Of a stretch of 64,000 nt of DNA, positions 14,213 to 27,303 are shown one piece after another. The DNA is taken from contig NC_068986.1 of the NCBI RefSeq assembly GCF_001194135.2, forward strand, positions 66,199,315-66,263,314, given 5' to 3'. The notes under the pieces are model-generated. The model was not told the origin of the DNA, ran no database searches, and was given only the letters and a program-made list of their open reading frames with translations. Within the stretch, counting starts at the first letter, position 1. Every line of letters starts with the position of its first letter. This DNA comes from Octopus bimaculoides (lineage: Eukaryota). The position numbers and the translations under genes were made by a program.

Positions 14213-14216
<4 letters not shown>
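13850..14216 (-). mobile_element. tRNA-head SINE (family 1), tail-to-tail with the preceding copy
   Basis: Reverse complement of the same family, separated from the preceding copy only by a short (TA)n. Confidence 0.9.
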
Positions 14217-14244
<28 letters not shown>

Positions 14245-14245
14245 G

Positions 14246-14276
<31 letters not shown>

Positions 14277-15170
14277 AGATGCATATAGACTGCCATACAG
14301 TTTGATTGAACATATTCACTCACAAAAGCACTGATTGACCCAGAGCTATGGTAAAAGACATTTGCCCAAGGTGCTAAACAGTAAAACTGAACCCAAAATC
14401 ACATGGTTGCAATACAATTTTTTTAACAATACATCTGTAACTAAAGCTGATGCTTACAGTACCTAAGTCTTCTAAGTGGTGAGAAAGAGTGCTTTCAAAT
14501 TGACAGACAAGTTATCTATTTATAATACATTAAAAGTCAGTTTGAATCTTGCTTGCTTGCTTGCAATGTTACCCAGCCAAACTGGCACATAATGGGAAAA
14601 TACTATGAATCAAGTCTACCCTGAAATGTTAATACAAATGGAGTGAAACAAGTTTCACATAAACTGGAGCAGTAGTTATTAAGATATTCAGGGTTTGGGA
14701 GTATAAATACCCAAAACGGTGCATAATGAGAAAATGTTCCAAATATAACTTCATCTCAAAAGGGAAGAAACTCTAACCTTTCGATCAGACAGTGATTTGA
14801 CAACAAAAAAATATGATTCGTTATACTTGCAGTAAATGTTTCTATTTTCGCTTTTGTTAAACACAATATTTTAATCATTTAGAAATATTTTTAAGTGAAT
14901 CTAATTTCAGAAATGTATGTTGTTTGTACAGTAAGTATCTATATTCTAGCTTTCTTTAAACAGACAATATTTTAATGTTTTTTTTTTTTAACTATTTTCA
15001 AGGGAATACCATTACAAAAAATTGTTTTGGCATATTTAAAAAATATTTTAAAGTGAAAATGACTTTAAAAATACAGCAAATATTTTGTAAAAGACCTGTT
15101 TGTAACCTTTTTGTGAAATAGTTTTTTTCCATAGGTTTTTTTAGTGCATTCAACATATCTCACCTCCAAA

Positions 15171-15282
15171 GATTTGGCTGCTATTTCTAGTACGCCTGCT
15201 ACCATGTAACAGCTATTTGTGATAAAGGACCCAAAATGCCTGTTATGTGGTAGCAGGGCCTGTAAGAAATAGCAGCCAAATC
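15171..15282. repeat. Fold-back element built from the GATTTGGCTGCTATTTCT repeat family
   Basis: GATTTGGCTGCTATTTCT / AGAAATAGCAGCCAAATC and CCTGCTACCATGTAACAG / CTGTTATGTGGTAGCAGG form nested inverted pairs. Confidence 0.75.
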
Positions 15283-15621
15283 TTTCTTTTCTGGGGAAAG
15301 CCATTTATGCGTGATTTCAATGTCACATTCATTGAAAGCATGCAAAATAACCTGGAGAAGAAAAAATCCATGAACCAAACCTCCATTGCTGGGGAACTCA
15401 GAGTTTTCCAGTGACCCAACAGGTTACAGGTAGTCTAGTATTAATTAAAACCAGTCACCAGTTCTTAGTGATATGACGGATCATTTGGTATCCATAGTTG
15501 ATGATATGCAAAAACACAGAAATGCATGCACCCTAAGATGTAATGATATCATTCATGTCTCAATGGTGTTTTTCACACATACGGTCTATAAGGTAAATTT
15601 TTCCCCTAAAGTGCTAAAAAA

Positions 15622-15623
<2 letters not shown>

Positions 15624-15698
<75 letters not shown>
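15624..15698. repeat. (TG)n microsatellite
   Basis: Pure TG run seen directly. Confidence 0.98.
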
Positions 15699-15702
<4 letters not shown>

Positions 15703-16089
15703 CACACATATATACACACATATATTACTCCAGTTTTAGCAATAATAAAACTACCAGCTGAAATAATTACAAAACTAACCTCTAATCAGAAATGTTCTGT
15801 TTCATATCACAAATTAAAATCTATTGGCAGAGAAATGTGAGTAGCAAATTATTCTTGCTGTTCTATTTCACAATCTTTATAAAGAACGAAACTATCAACA
15901 AATCATTTTCCTTTTTTTTTTTTTTTGTTCTTCTTATATCAAAATGTATTAGCATACCACTGATATCTAAACTCCTTAATAGAGTTTTATCATTTCATAA
16001 CAATTTGGAAAATGTAGTGCTTATCATATTATTAAGAGGAATTTAAGAATTTTTTTTTTCCATGTACTTAGCAATTCAACAGTTCAAAA

Positions 16090-16440
16090 AAAGGTTATCT
16101 GTCTTTTATCTATCTTTTCATGTTTCAGTCATTGGACTGTAGTCATGCTGGGGCACCTTTAAGGGTTTGAGTTAAATAAACCAAGTCCAGTCCTTCTCTT
16201 TTATCGGTCTCTATTGCTAAACCACTAAATTATGAGGATGCAAACAAATCAACATTGGTAATCAAGTGATTGTAGGAGTGAGGTGAGGTGTCAAACACAG
16301 ACACAAAGAGACACACACACACATTCAGCAGCTTCTACACAGTTACTCTCAAACAAATTCATTCACAAGGCATTGGGTAGCTCAGGGCTATGGTACTAGA
16401 CACTTGCTCAAGGTGTAGCACAGAGGAACTCAACTCTAAT
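16090..16440 (-). mobile_element. SINE family 1, decayed
   Basis: TTTCAGTCATTGGACTGTAGTCATGCTGGGGCACC tail and GACACTTGCTCAAGGTG body in reverse orientation. Confidence 0.75.
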
Positions 16441-17439
16441 CAACTGAAATAATATCTATAATGGGAAGAAAAGTCATCAGCATTAATGACAATTCTTGCC
16501 AGGGAGAATTCTTGCAAGGGAGAAAACTCCAAAATCCAAATTGATTAAAAATTTAATGAAGATATGCAATGCTGAATGAATTTGATCTGTGGTAGTAACA
16601 GTGACAACTCCAGAAATGTTTCAGCCTCACTAGACCTCTTCAGTAAGGTATAGTACAAAATCTAACTATTGTAACTCCCAGAACTTAGAATGACATTTAG
16701 AGGACATAGCTTTTTTTTTTACAAAAGTTATGTCTGATTACAGAATTCTGACTACAGAATTTTAATAACATTGAAAAATTTCCCAAGGATGCTTTCTGCA
16801 TGAAAACTATACTGTTAATGTAGTGAGCCAAAAAGAATCTTTAAAACAATTGAACTTACAGCCATTATAAGAAGTTACTTAATTCTATGTTCTTAAGGCA
16901 GAAGGTATCCTTGAGTATTTTTTGCTAATAAACTAAATTACTAAGACAAACAATAATTACTATGCTAAAGTTATATATAGTAGTATCATAAATATATTTG
17001 TATACACCTGTAAAATTCCTACTCACAATAGGTATGTAAACCTTTCCAATTCCATTTGTCAACTTACAGTGGCATGAAAATAAATCTAATATACAAGAAT
17101 AAAAACAAATGACTATACAACTTTTAAATAAACACTCATAAATAAAATTTATAACCACCAACTAACCTATTACACAACCTTCAACATTATATCTTAGCAT
17201 CAATATTCATGCTCTTGTACCTATGTTTTATACAGGTCAGGAAAAACTGAGTTTTTTCCATGTCTTTCTTGTAAGTCCCCAGTTCTATTTCTGTTATATA
17301 TAATTTATTTACTCAAACAGATTTAGTAAGCCCAACTGAAGGAGAATAGCATTTTATTAAGTGGAGTTTTTAAATATTTTTTCATGTTAAGCTCAACAAT
17401 GACAAAGACTTGGAGTTGACAAACAAATTATTATTATTA

Positions 17440-17880
17440 AGGTGGAATACTGGCAGACTTGTTATCACATCAGAAAAAATGCTTAGCGGCATTTCATCCA
17501 TCTTTATGTTCAAGTTCAAATTCCAATAAGGTTGACTTTACCTTTCATTCTTTCAGGGTTGATGAAATATGTACCAGTTGAGCAATGGAGTCAATGTAAT
17601 TGACTATCCCCTTCCTCTAAATTTCAGGCCTTGTGCCTATTGTAGAAACAATCATTATCATCAGTATGTGGATAGTGAATTGGAGAACTGATACTGCATC
17701 AAATATAAATGCTTTGTGTTTTTTTTTTCTAGCTCTTTATATTCTTTAACTCTCATTAAGGTTAACTTTGCCTTTTCTACTTCTAAGGATGAAAATATAA
17801 AGTACCTGTCAAGTATTGGGATCAATTTAATCAACTTGTTCCCTCAAAATTACAGGTCTTCAACCTAAATTGAAGTAGTA
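17440..17880 (+). mobile_element. Two adjacent copies of SINE family 2
   Basis: AAATGCTTAGCGGCATTTC..GTTCAAATTCC..GTTGACTTTACCTTTCAT..TTTCAGGCCTTGTGCCTA, followed by a more decayed second copy. Confidence 0.7.
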
Positions 17881-20570
17881 GTCGGAGAGTATTACAGCTG
17901 ATTTTAATTAGACCAGTACTGACTACTACATTATTTGAGATCGTACAGTGAATTCCAAAGAAAGGATTTAGTATCAGGAAGAGAATACAATTTTCCTCTG
18001 AGACAGGAATAAACTACGCTCAAAATAAAATAGTCAGTGGAGTTATCCAAAATTCTATTTGGATATTTTGCAATAAAGTAAACAACTTGTGACTGACTAT
18101 ACAAATATGTTTAGAGGACAAATGGTACAGTGTCTCAGTCCCCAACATGTCAATAAAGCTATGTGTTGGAAATTTAAAAGTCTTATTTATAAACAGTTAA
18201 ATATTTGGAAGAGCTAGAAATTAACAAGGAATCTACCAGAAAAATATGGTCTACTTAACTGAAATATATTTTATTTATTTAATTTGTAACATTGTCAAAA
18301 TGGAACAAGAATAAGAAATACTAACATAAGCAATGATCAACAATAATCTTTTTTCTCTCTCATTATTCTCATTTTTCATTTTGGAAACATACACACACAC
18401 TATCTTCAGTAATAAAAAGGACTGTGTCAATGATAATACCTTCCTTCTTCTCACCAGTTTCAGATTCTCAGGGAATCTGAAACTGGTGAGAGGGAGGATG
18501 GTATCATCAAATTACAAACCTCGCCCAAAAGCTTACAATAGAGTGGACTGCACTAAAGGCAGCCAGAGACCAGCTGGTGGTGTTCAACTGGGCAACAAAT
18601 TAAGTTTAACACCCAAGCAGACCATGGCAGGATTTGAACTCAGAATGCTAAGAGCCAGAATGAATATGGTCTTTCATCCTAGGCTGGTATTTTATTTATT
18701 GACCCCAGAAGGATGAAAGGTAACTCTGACCGTGACAGTGTTTCAGCTTGGAATACAAGAAACTGGATTGCTGCAAGGCATTTTGGAAGTTTATACAGAT
18801 AAATTACAAAACCTAACTTATAAAAATTATAACCATTCCTCTTTTAGTATAGGAATGATGACAACGAAAACCTAAACAATGAAGAAATTATAATCCCCTC
18901 CTTAGTATTTTGCCCTTTGATACAGTAATATATTTACATTATATCTATTACAGATGAGTGTTGACACACTGAGATGGTATCAGTGAATGAAAATAGTTTT
19001 AAAAATTTATCTTGACATTTATGAGAAGCAATAGAATCATCTTGATTATGATATGACCTCAATCACAGAAGATAAGGTGCCATTGTGATATGATCTTAAA
19101 TGTTGAAGATAAGATGTCGCTCATCAAACTAAATGAGTGCTATGAAGGAGCAACCACTGATGGGTTTAATCTTTTTATGAACCGATATCATCCATCTCCC
19201 AACACATTTTGCTTCATTTTCTAAAGACCTCCTGCATTCCTAAAATTGTTATCTGTAAAATTACTAATTACACTTCATTTCTGTTGTCAATTAATTGAAT
19301 GAAAGGCAGGCAACCAAAAAGAGACAGATAAAAATTACAATAATTCAAAAATTTCTTCATAAACAGAATGCTCTTCAAATTATATCAACCCCTTTCACCC
19401 TTCACTAGATAAGAGTAATGTGTCTTATCTAACAATACAATGTAATTTATGGATTTCAAATGATGGTCTGTAGACAATTATCTAAACACCTTAACTAGCC
19501 AGTTATAATTAACACAACAATCACACACTAATTTCTCGAGAAAATCTCAAAAATTGAAGCACATACTTTCATTCCTTTCTGAGATAAAAAAAAAATTTTT
19601 GCAAAACAACACCTAGCAAGCATAAAAAAAAATGTAGTATTTATGCCTTTTAGCTAAGTCATGCAGAGAACCATTTGAAAACTGAAAGCTAGGTACAGAG
19701 TCACCATACTACATCCCAAGATAGTTTCATATATTACACAAACACACACTTCTGAAAGATGTGTAAAATATCTTATTTTGAATGCAAAAAACTTGGTCAC
19801 CATGTTAATAGGGTCATTCTTAAAATCAAAATTATTCAATTCTTTTTAAGTTGTATTTATTTAGTTGTACATTTTATTAAGATCTTGCAAGAATATTTTT
19901 AGGGCAACAAATTAAGCCAATAACTTATAGGGATGAAAAAAAATTATTTGAAATTAAAAAAAAAAAATAACATCTTTCTTTAAACAAGAACAGATAGTTA
20001 CATTTAATATAATAGCTAAAAGAAAAAACTATAAAAAGGTGACCTAGTTAACAGACATCCAAGATATTTTTCCCTTAGAGACCTCTCCTACCTGATTTTC
20101 TCAGTCCAGGGTTGATAAAAATTAGGTCAATATACCAACTTGTTAGCATCCAGCTGATTAAATACTAGTATTCAAACTTCAGGTTTTGTAGGATAGGATA
20201 AGAGCAATTTTAAGAAAATAATGCACTGGGGTATTTGGACATGATAAAAATATATAAATTCATTGCTTATCCTTTTTACTACCATATTTCAATTGAAATA
20301 CAGTGTTTTAGCTGCAGTTAATTTTGAAAATAACAAAGAATTTATTGAAATAACTTTGTTAATATTAAGCTCACATCTGTAACAAATTAACATGAAATTT
20401 TCATGGAAGTTTTAATTTAGATCACTATTTTTCAATCTTTGTTGTAAAACCACTAGGCTATTAGACCAATGTAAACATAACTGACACACTTTCTGTTATG
20501 ACAATGAGGGTTCCAGTTGAATGGAACAGCCTGTTCATGAAATTAACATGCAAGTTGCTGAGTACTCCAC

Positions 20571-20797
20571 TTAACCCTTTAGTGTTTGCATTATTCTGCC
20601 AAAATTAATGCTTTTTGATCCACATTGTTTTGAACTAACCATGCATTATCTTGTAGCTATGAGATTTTGATGAGGTAGCTGTTAATTTTTAAAACGATAT
20701 TGTAGGGTTGGTAAGAGACCAGATTTGGCCAGTTTGAACATAAAACAAGCAGAATACTTTTGGCCGAATATGGCCGGTTTAAATGCTAAAGGGTTAA
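20571..20797. mobile_element. TTAA-flanked MITE, family B
   Basis: TTAACCCTTTAG ... CTAAAGGGTTAA termini. Confidence 0.85.
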
Positions 20798-21554
20798 ATA
20801 CAGTTCTCAGGAAGATTCAACATGACACAGAATTACAGGTACTACATATGACCCTCTGAATTACAGGTACTGCACATTTTTGCCAGCTGAGTGGACTAGA
20901 ACAACATGAAGTAAAGTATCTTGCTCAGAGACACAACATGCTTGCTGCCAGTTTTCGAACTTGCCATCTTATGACCATGAGCCAAATACCCTAATCACGA
21001 AGCCATACACACAGACAAAATGAATTTCTATGTAGTTTTGTCTACCAAATTTCTCTAACAAAATATTGATCAACTTGAAGCTATAGAAGGGTGCCTCAGT
21101 ACTGTGCAGTGGGATCAAACCTGGAACCACATGGTAGCAAAGCAACCTTCTTAACTAATGTACTAATTTATTTTTCATATTCAAAACATCACCTGTGATT
21201 GATGAGTAACCATTAGGTCAACAGCAGCATAAAAATTGATCTGTTTGGAATCTAACTTTTGATATTTGACTTTTGTATTATTGTATGGCTTTTTTCAGGT
21301 ACTATATTTTATCTATAAATATAAACCATCTGTTATACTGTTAGTTGCCAGTAACTCCTTAAATTTCAGTCCTGAATATTATTTCACTCTATTTAACTGC
21401 ATTGCATATTTTATTCACTTAACTGTATAAAAAACCAGTTTTCTATTCCTCTCTTCATACACTCATTTCTGCTCAGGCACCAATCCAAATACAACATATA
21501 ACTCAGACTGTGGGCAACATGTAACACATACAACAGTAACAATAACAACACACT

Positions 21555-21860
21555 GCAGCACCTTGGTTAAGTACCTTCTACTTTAGCCCCAGGTTGACTA
21601 GCACCATGTGAGTGAATTTGGTAGAGGGAAACTTGTGTGAAAACCTATCATGTGTGTGTGTGTGTCCTCACCCACTTTGCTTAACAACCAGTGTTGGTTT
21701 GTTTACATCCCCATAACTCAGCAGTTTGATAAAAGAGACAGACAGAATAAGTACCAATCTAAAAACTAAATACTAGAATCAATTTGTTCAACTAAAACTT
21801 TTAAGGCAGTGCCCCAGCATGACCACAGTTTAATAACTGAAACAAGTAAAAGATAAAAGA
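21555..21860 (+). mobile_element. SINE family 1 (5'-truncated)
   Basis: CACCTTGGTTAAGTACCTTCTACT..GTGCCCCAGCATGACCACAG..CTGAAACAAGTAAAAG. Confidence 0.75.
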
Positions 21861-24800
21861 AATATATAAAACCTCCTGGAAGAAATTACATTTCTGTAAG
21901 AGGGTTTGTTTGATATTGGAGCAATTGGTCCAATAAAGCCCATTCTAAAGTAATTTTCTACACAGTTTCTCTTCCCCTTGATAGTTTGCATTTTTCTTTC
22001 CTTTCCAGTTTACAGACCTCCATATTTGGTCTAGTGCTAAGTATCAGATATGTCTTAAATAAACCATGCACATTCTAGGGCTAGCTCTGTGAAGAATAAG
22101 TGAAGTGCATTGAACTGTCCAAAACATTTAGACATCACATCCTAAGGTAAAATGACAAGCCAACGAGAAGATCTATACGTGGCCATTTTGTCAGGTTACA
22201 AATAGCAGTAATATTTCTCTGAAGCTACACTTTAAAATCTTGAAATTGGAAAGAATACATTATATAAAACACTAAGGATAAGTTGTCTGAAAATAAGATA
22301 GAATGGTCATGATTGGAATGTTTTGAACAGAGGTTTACTTGATCAGATCAGACAAAAATTAATTTATGATGACAGTAACAACAACTGATGAAAATCATAA
22401 AGTTTTAATCGATAGCATAATGCCTAATCCTTTAGTATATATATCTATGCTAAACCATTTTCACTTAATATATAGCAGGATTACTCTTTGGAAACTTTCA
22501 ACAATGAGAAAGGTCACTTTCAAACCAAGTCTTTACAAAATCTCAAAATTAAGTACAAGAATTTGAATACAAGGCAAAAATTGATAATTTGTTTGAAGGA
22601 CAATTTGAGTCATATATGGTAACTTTGAGATGATTATAGCAAGAGTAGGTTATTAACTCTTATGTTCCTGTTTACAGTAGACTGTGACTGATCTTATTCT
22701 CACAGTAAATGTAAAAATAGAATGCTTGCAGAAAGTTGGGGAATATACTAATCAAATGTTTTTTATCATAAACCAGTAACAAAATACATAAATCATCATT
22801 TAATGTGTTTTCCAAAGTCTTTTTTGGACCTTGAAGCAAAGTATATAATTTGATTTCACTTTCATAGTTCAAAAGTAGTTACCACATTTCTATTTAGAAG
22901 TTGACTGACTGTATCAACATCTGTTAGAAAACTACAGACATCTGGCCTCATAAAATCATTCAACCTTTCTTTGTATGTAAAAATAAGTTGCAGCAAAAAA
23001 AAAAAATTACTGAACTTGACTACTGAAAATATGTTGATATAACCAGTAAATATGTTTGTTGTCTAGCCAATCTTTTGGGGACATCTTGGACTATATTATC
23101 TAATAAGTCGCTTTTTTTTTTTTCAATTCTTAGGGTAATATTTGAGCGGGGTCCTATTATTTTTCTAGGCTGAGCAATCATGTATGCTGTTTAATTCCAA
23201 GTAAGAACGTCTAAAGTACAAGAAAATGAGAACCCACAGATAGCAGTAGAAGTCATTTAATATTTTGATATTTTAGATTTCCTCAAATAACATAAAGGAA
23301 GTCCATTTTTATAGAGACATAATAATTCAATGGACCTCAACTTCTTACTGAACACAGACTCAACAGGAACAAAGCTTAATACAAGAAAACATTTTACTGT
23401 CAGTGGCTTTCCTAGAAGGGTAAGAAGCTAAGCTCTTGTACCACAGAAACCTATCCCAAATGTAAAAATCAAGGGATACACAGAGTACAGTGTTGTTTTT
23501 CTTGCATCTAGGAAAATAGCTAGGATATTGATTTGATCTCATTGCCCTTAACAAAATAAAAATGTTTTTAAAACTAAGTTACATTAACGTCAACTTAGCA
23601 CACTTATTAAACAGGAATTTAGCTTTGCCATTATACACACAACACTGACAGAGCTGGTATTAGACATATTTCGCAGATATTATCTAAAATATTTCTATCC
23701 TAGTAGTATAAAATGTAAATTGCAATGTTTAGCGTTTAGAAAGTTAATTAGCTGACAAGCTCAAATTGTTGATAATCAAACTAAATGTAGAGACTAAATT
23801 GTTATCTTTATCACAAAATTTTGTGAAAGCTGCCAGTTAATGGTGTGTTTTTTCTATCGTATGTTTATACAACAGTCACTTTAAAATTGATAACCTTTCC
23901 TCAATACTGTGCAGTCTCTAGAGTGAAATCACTAGAAATTAACAAACTCGCTGACTTGTATACTTACTTCATCAACAGGATTTATAGTGAGAGTGTAGTA
24001 GTATTTTGTAGTTTGCAATTATATACTTTACAGCTATAGTTTACAGAACCTTTCAAATTTCCAGCTAGATCTTACATTTAGTCTTCAACAAGATTGAAGT
24101 AAATAATATTTAATATTAAAACAAAACAAAGACAGACAGAATAGTGCCTCTAATGAAGTTTAAATACTCTTACATTCTAAATCCTTCAAAATCTTTTTAA
24201 TAAGTATTTCAACAGTTTTAAACTTATATTAGTGTTTTATAAGAACCATTTCATCTAGAAAGGCAATAACATTAGTGATAGGGTAAGTTAACTGTAATAT
24301 ATTAAGATGTAATATTTCTTCCTATTCAACCAACATGAGATCAGAACTCTAAAAATAGTAAAACAGTGAAGGGAGTTCAACAACCAGCACCAAATTTTGT
24401 CTCTGCAATTGAGAAACCAAAGTCAACCAAAGAAAATAAACCACCCCCATAGAAAATATTTTAAACATGTCTCACCCTATCTCTAAAGATAATAAAAAAA
24501 AATTTCTTTTTAAATTAAATGAAGGGAGACACAGACAAACCAAGTTCCCACAGTGACATGAAACTGTCTCAAATTTCTCTACAGAATCAACCTCAAGCTA
24601 TAAACCAGAATTTTCTTTGCAGAGAGAGAGAGGCTAGTGAAAGTGTCACTTCCTTTCATTATAAGTTGCCAACCCCTCCCACCTGTAAGTTGATAATGTA
24701 ATAGGGGGCGGGGTGAACTGTTTGGGTACATTTCCTCCCTATGTGTCAGCCTGCTCTCAAAGTTAAGTTCTTATATAAATCCAACTTTTTCACACCCTAC

Positions 24801-26338
24801 TTTAGTGTTGTAATCCGAGTGTCAGAACAAATACACAATACAATCAAAGTTTTGTGTCATCCCCCCCCACACTACTTTTTTTTCTTATTATTTAAAAACA
24901 ACCACTTTACTGAAAGAATATGTTAATATATCATCGGAATGTTAAAGGCTATTATGTTACAATCAGACAAATATAATCTAACTAACTGTAATTCTGTCCT
25001 AGTAACTAATCATCAATTAAAGATCATTGCATATTGTATATAATGAGGAAGTTTTGCATCTTAATATACTAAAATACATTGGTATCTTTTCATTAGCTGC
25101 AAATGTTTTATAATTTCTTGAGAGGAGAAGGAAAGTGTTGGTGTTCATGCTTTTGACAAGGTTATTATCAAATTAGGTGAAGAGCTGTGAAACCAAGTCA
25201 CAATTTCTGCTGACATACACAATTTACTGTACTAATCACTTGCATGACACTAACATGCATTATTTGCTAAAACTGTAAAACTTTTAGAGTTGATGTAAGC
25301 ATGGGAAAATAACTAATACATTGGCAGAGCTATGACATAAATCACATTTCCTAAGTTTTCTTAGATTTAAAATCTTGGCAACTACAGCTTTCGTTCCTCT
25401 GAAATAGTTAGCTCTTCACCTGTTCCTCCTCATCCAAGCACCTTAACTATCCAGACCTCACATTAAATAGCTCACTAGAGTTACAACCTTCTGGAACTTC
25501 CTTCCATTATCAACTGAATATTCAGTTGATAACATATTCACACTGAACATCAAATGCATCAATCTCATCTGTTTAAGTGTGCTGATAGAGGAAGGAAAAG
25601 GTATAGTGCTTAACTCATTAATTATCAGAAAGATATTTGCTGTCAATGTTATAAATAGGTTCATTATGTGCCTCCATTGGTTTAGTAACTATCACACACT
25701 GTCATCCAGCAATGCACTTGTACCAGAACTTCTTCCAAGATGGCATAAACAAAATGAGCAGCTGAAACATAGATCAGTACGACCAAGTCAGACCATTCAT
25801 CAATATCTTGTCCTTTCACATAATACATTTGCCATTGGTATTATGACTGATTGACAATCTCCATTTCAGACAACTATGATTTCTCAGCACTGTCAGCTTC
25901 TGCTTGCAATGCTGCTGATTCGGTGGTTAGAGCCAGGTGAACAAAAACACATTAAACAGAGCTGTTGGATACTGGACCTATACTGATCAATTCTAAGAAA
26001 CACTGGTGAAAGAAGAATGAAAATCAAGTGACCAATTAATTATGAATTAGAAGCAGCAATGTATGTGCTTTGCTTATTTGCCAGTTTGCAGCTGCATAGC
26101 ATTTTGGGGATGACTCTCTCCTAGTACTGGATGTTAAAACACCAGTAAACAAGCAAAACACATACATTGAGTATGTGCTATCACTAATAAATATTATATA
26201 TATACATAGGGATATGTACACACATTGATATAAAAAGAAACTTAAGGAGAAAACTTTTGATGTAACTTTACATAACCTTTATACATGTGAAAAAATACAT
26301 CAGGATTCTTTTTTTCTTTATCATAGCAACTTACTTAC

Positions 26339-26351
26339 ACATTTAATTGGT
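26339..26351 (-). CDS. Candidate 13-nt microexon (ACCAATTAAATGT)
   Basis: Minus strand reads cctttttcttcag|ACCAATTAAATGT|gtaagt, with a strong acceptor and donor. No homology evidence. Confidence 0.25.
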
Positions 26352-27269
26352 CTGAAGAAAAAGGTGTTTAACAGACAAGTCCAAGGAGTTGTTGATTGCC
26401 ACTGAAATTTTATTTCAAGAGATATAGGAGCCATTTAAGTAGTTCTTTCATTTAATGAGATCTTCACATTAACTGAAACCCTCCTACGATAGTTTACCCC
26501 AAAATAAATGACACACTAAACAGTTTGTCACACACACACACTTAAAAGTGATACAAGAACATACCAGAAGAACTAAATTGTGCATATGATTTAAGAACAT
26601 TTTAAAACCTCTTCAAGAAAACTAAGAGAATGTCATTCATTACTAATGATAAAAACAGTTAATCTATTTTGTCAGTTCACAATTGTATTGCCATTCAATA
26701 AGTTAGATCAATCTCCAAAGCAAACTATATATACGATCTAATGGTGTCACATTTAAATGTCATTATCTAAGTAGTTTTGTTCAGCCCCAGGTCAACCTTA
26801 ATTGAGTAATCCTATAACCAAAAGGCATTCCACAAATAATGTAGCTACAACTACATTATCAAATGTGTCTTTAAAGACAGTAGAGTGTGATAGGAATGAA
26901 AATTGGCAACTGCTGCTGGGAGGCTAAGTAACACCATAAAGATTCCCTTTTAGCTCACACTTACATCTAAGCTACAGCCAAAAGAAAAAGATTTCCAGAT
27001 AATAACTAATTTCAAGAACCAAACTTAGTAGTAATGGAAGCATGAAGTTTGATGACACTCAGCTAGTGTAACATCACTAAAAATGGTAAAATGTAAAATT
27101 GTGGCAATTAATTCCTGAAATAATAATAGTAAATGTAAAATTAAAACGATTCTATATTAGATCCTGAGTTTAATTCGGCAACAAACTACCAGCAAGTAGA
27201 CAAACTCATATCTACTGTCAGTTTTTTGTCTGGAGCTCTGAAAAGGGAACTTCATGCTCAATGTCTCAC

Positions 27270-27303
27270 CTCTTGTAGCACTGGGGCGTACATATCTTAT
27301 ATC
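27270..27303 (-). CDS. Candidate 34-nt exon (DIRYVRPSATR or GYKICTPQCYK frame)
   Basis: Minus strand reads acattcctag|GATATAAG..ACAAGAG|gtgaga and is locally GC-rich. The frame is ambiguous. Confidence 0.25.
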
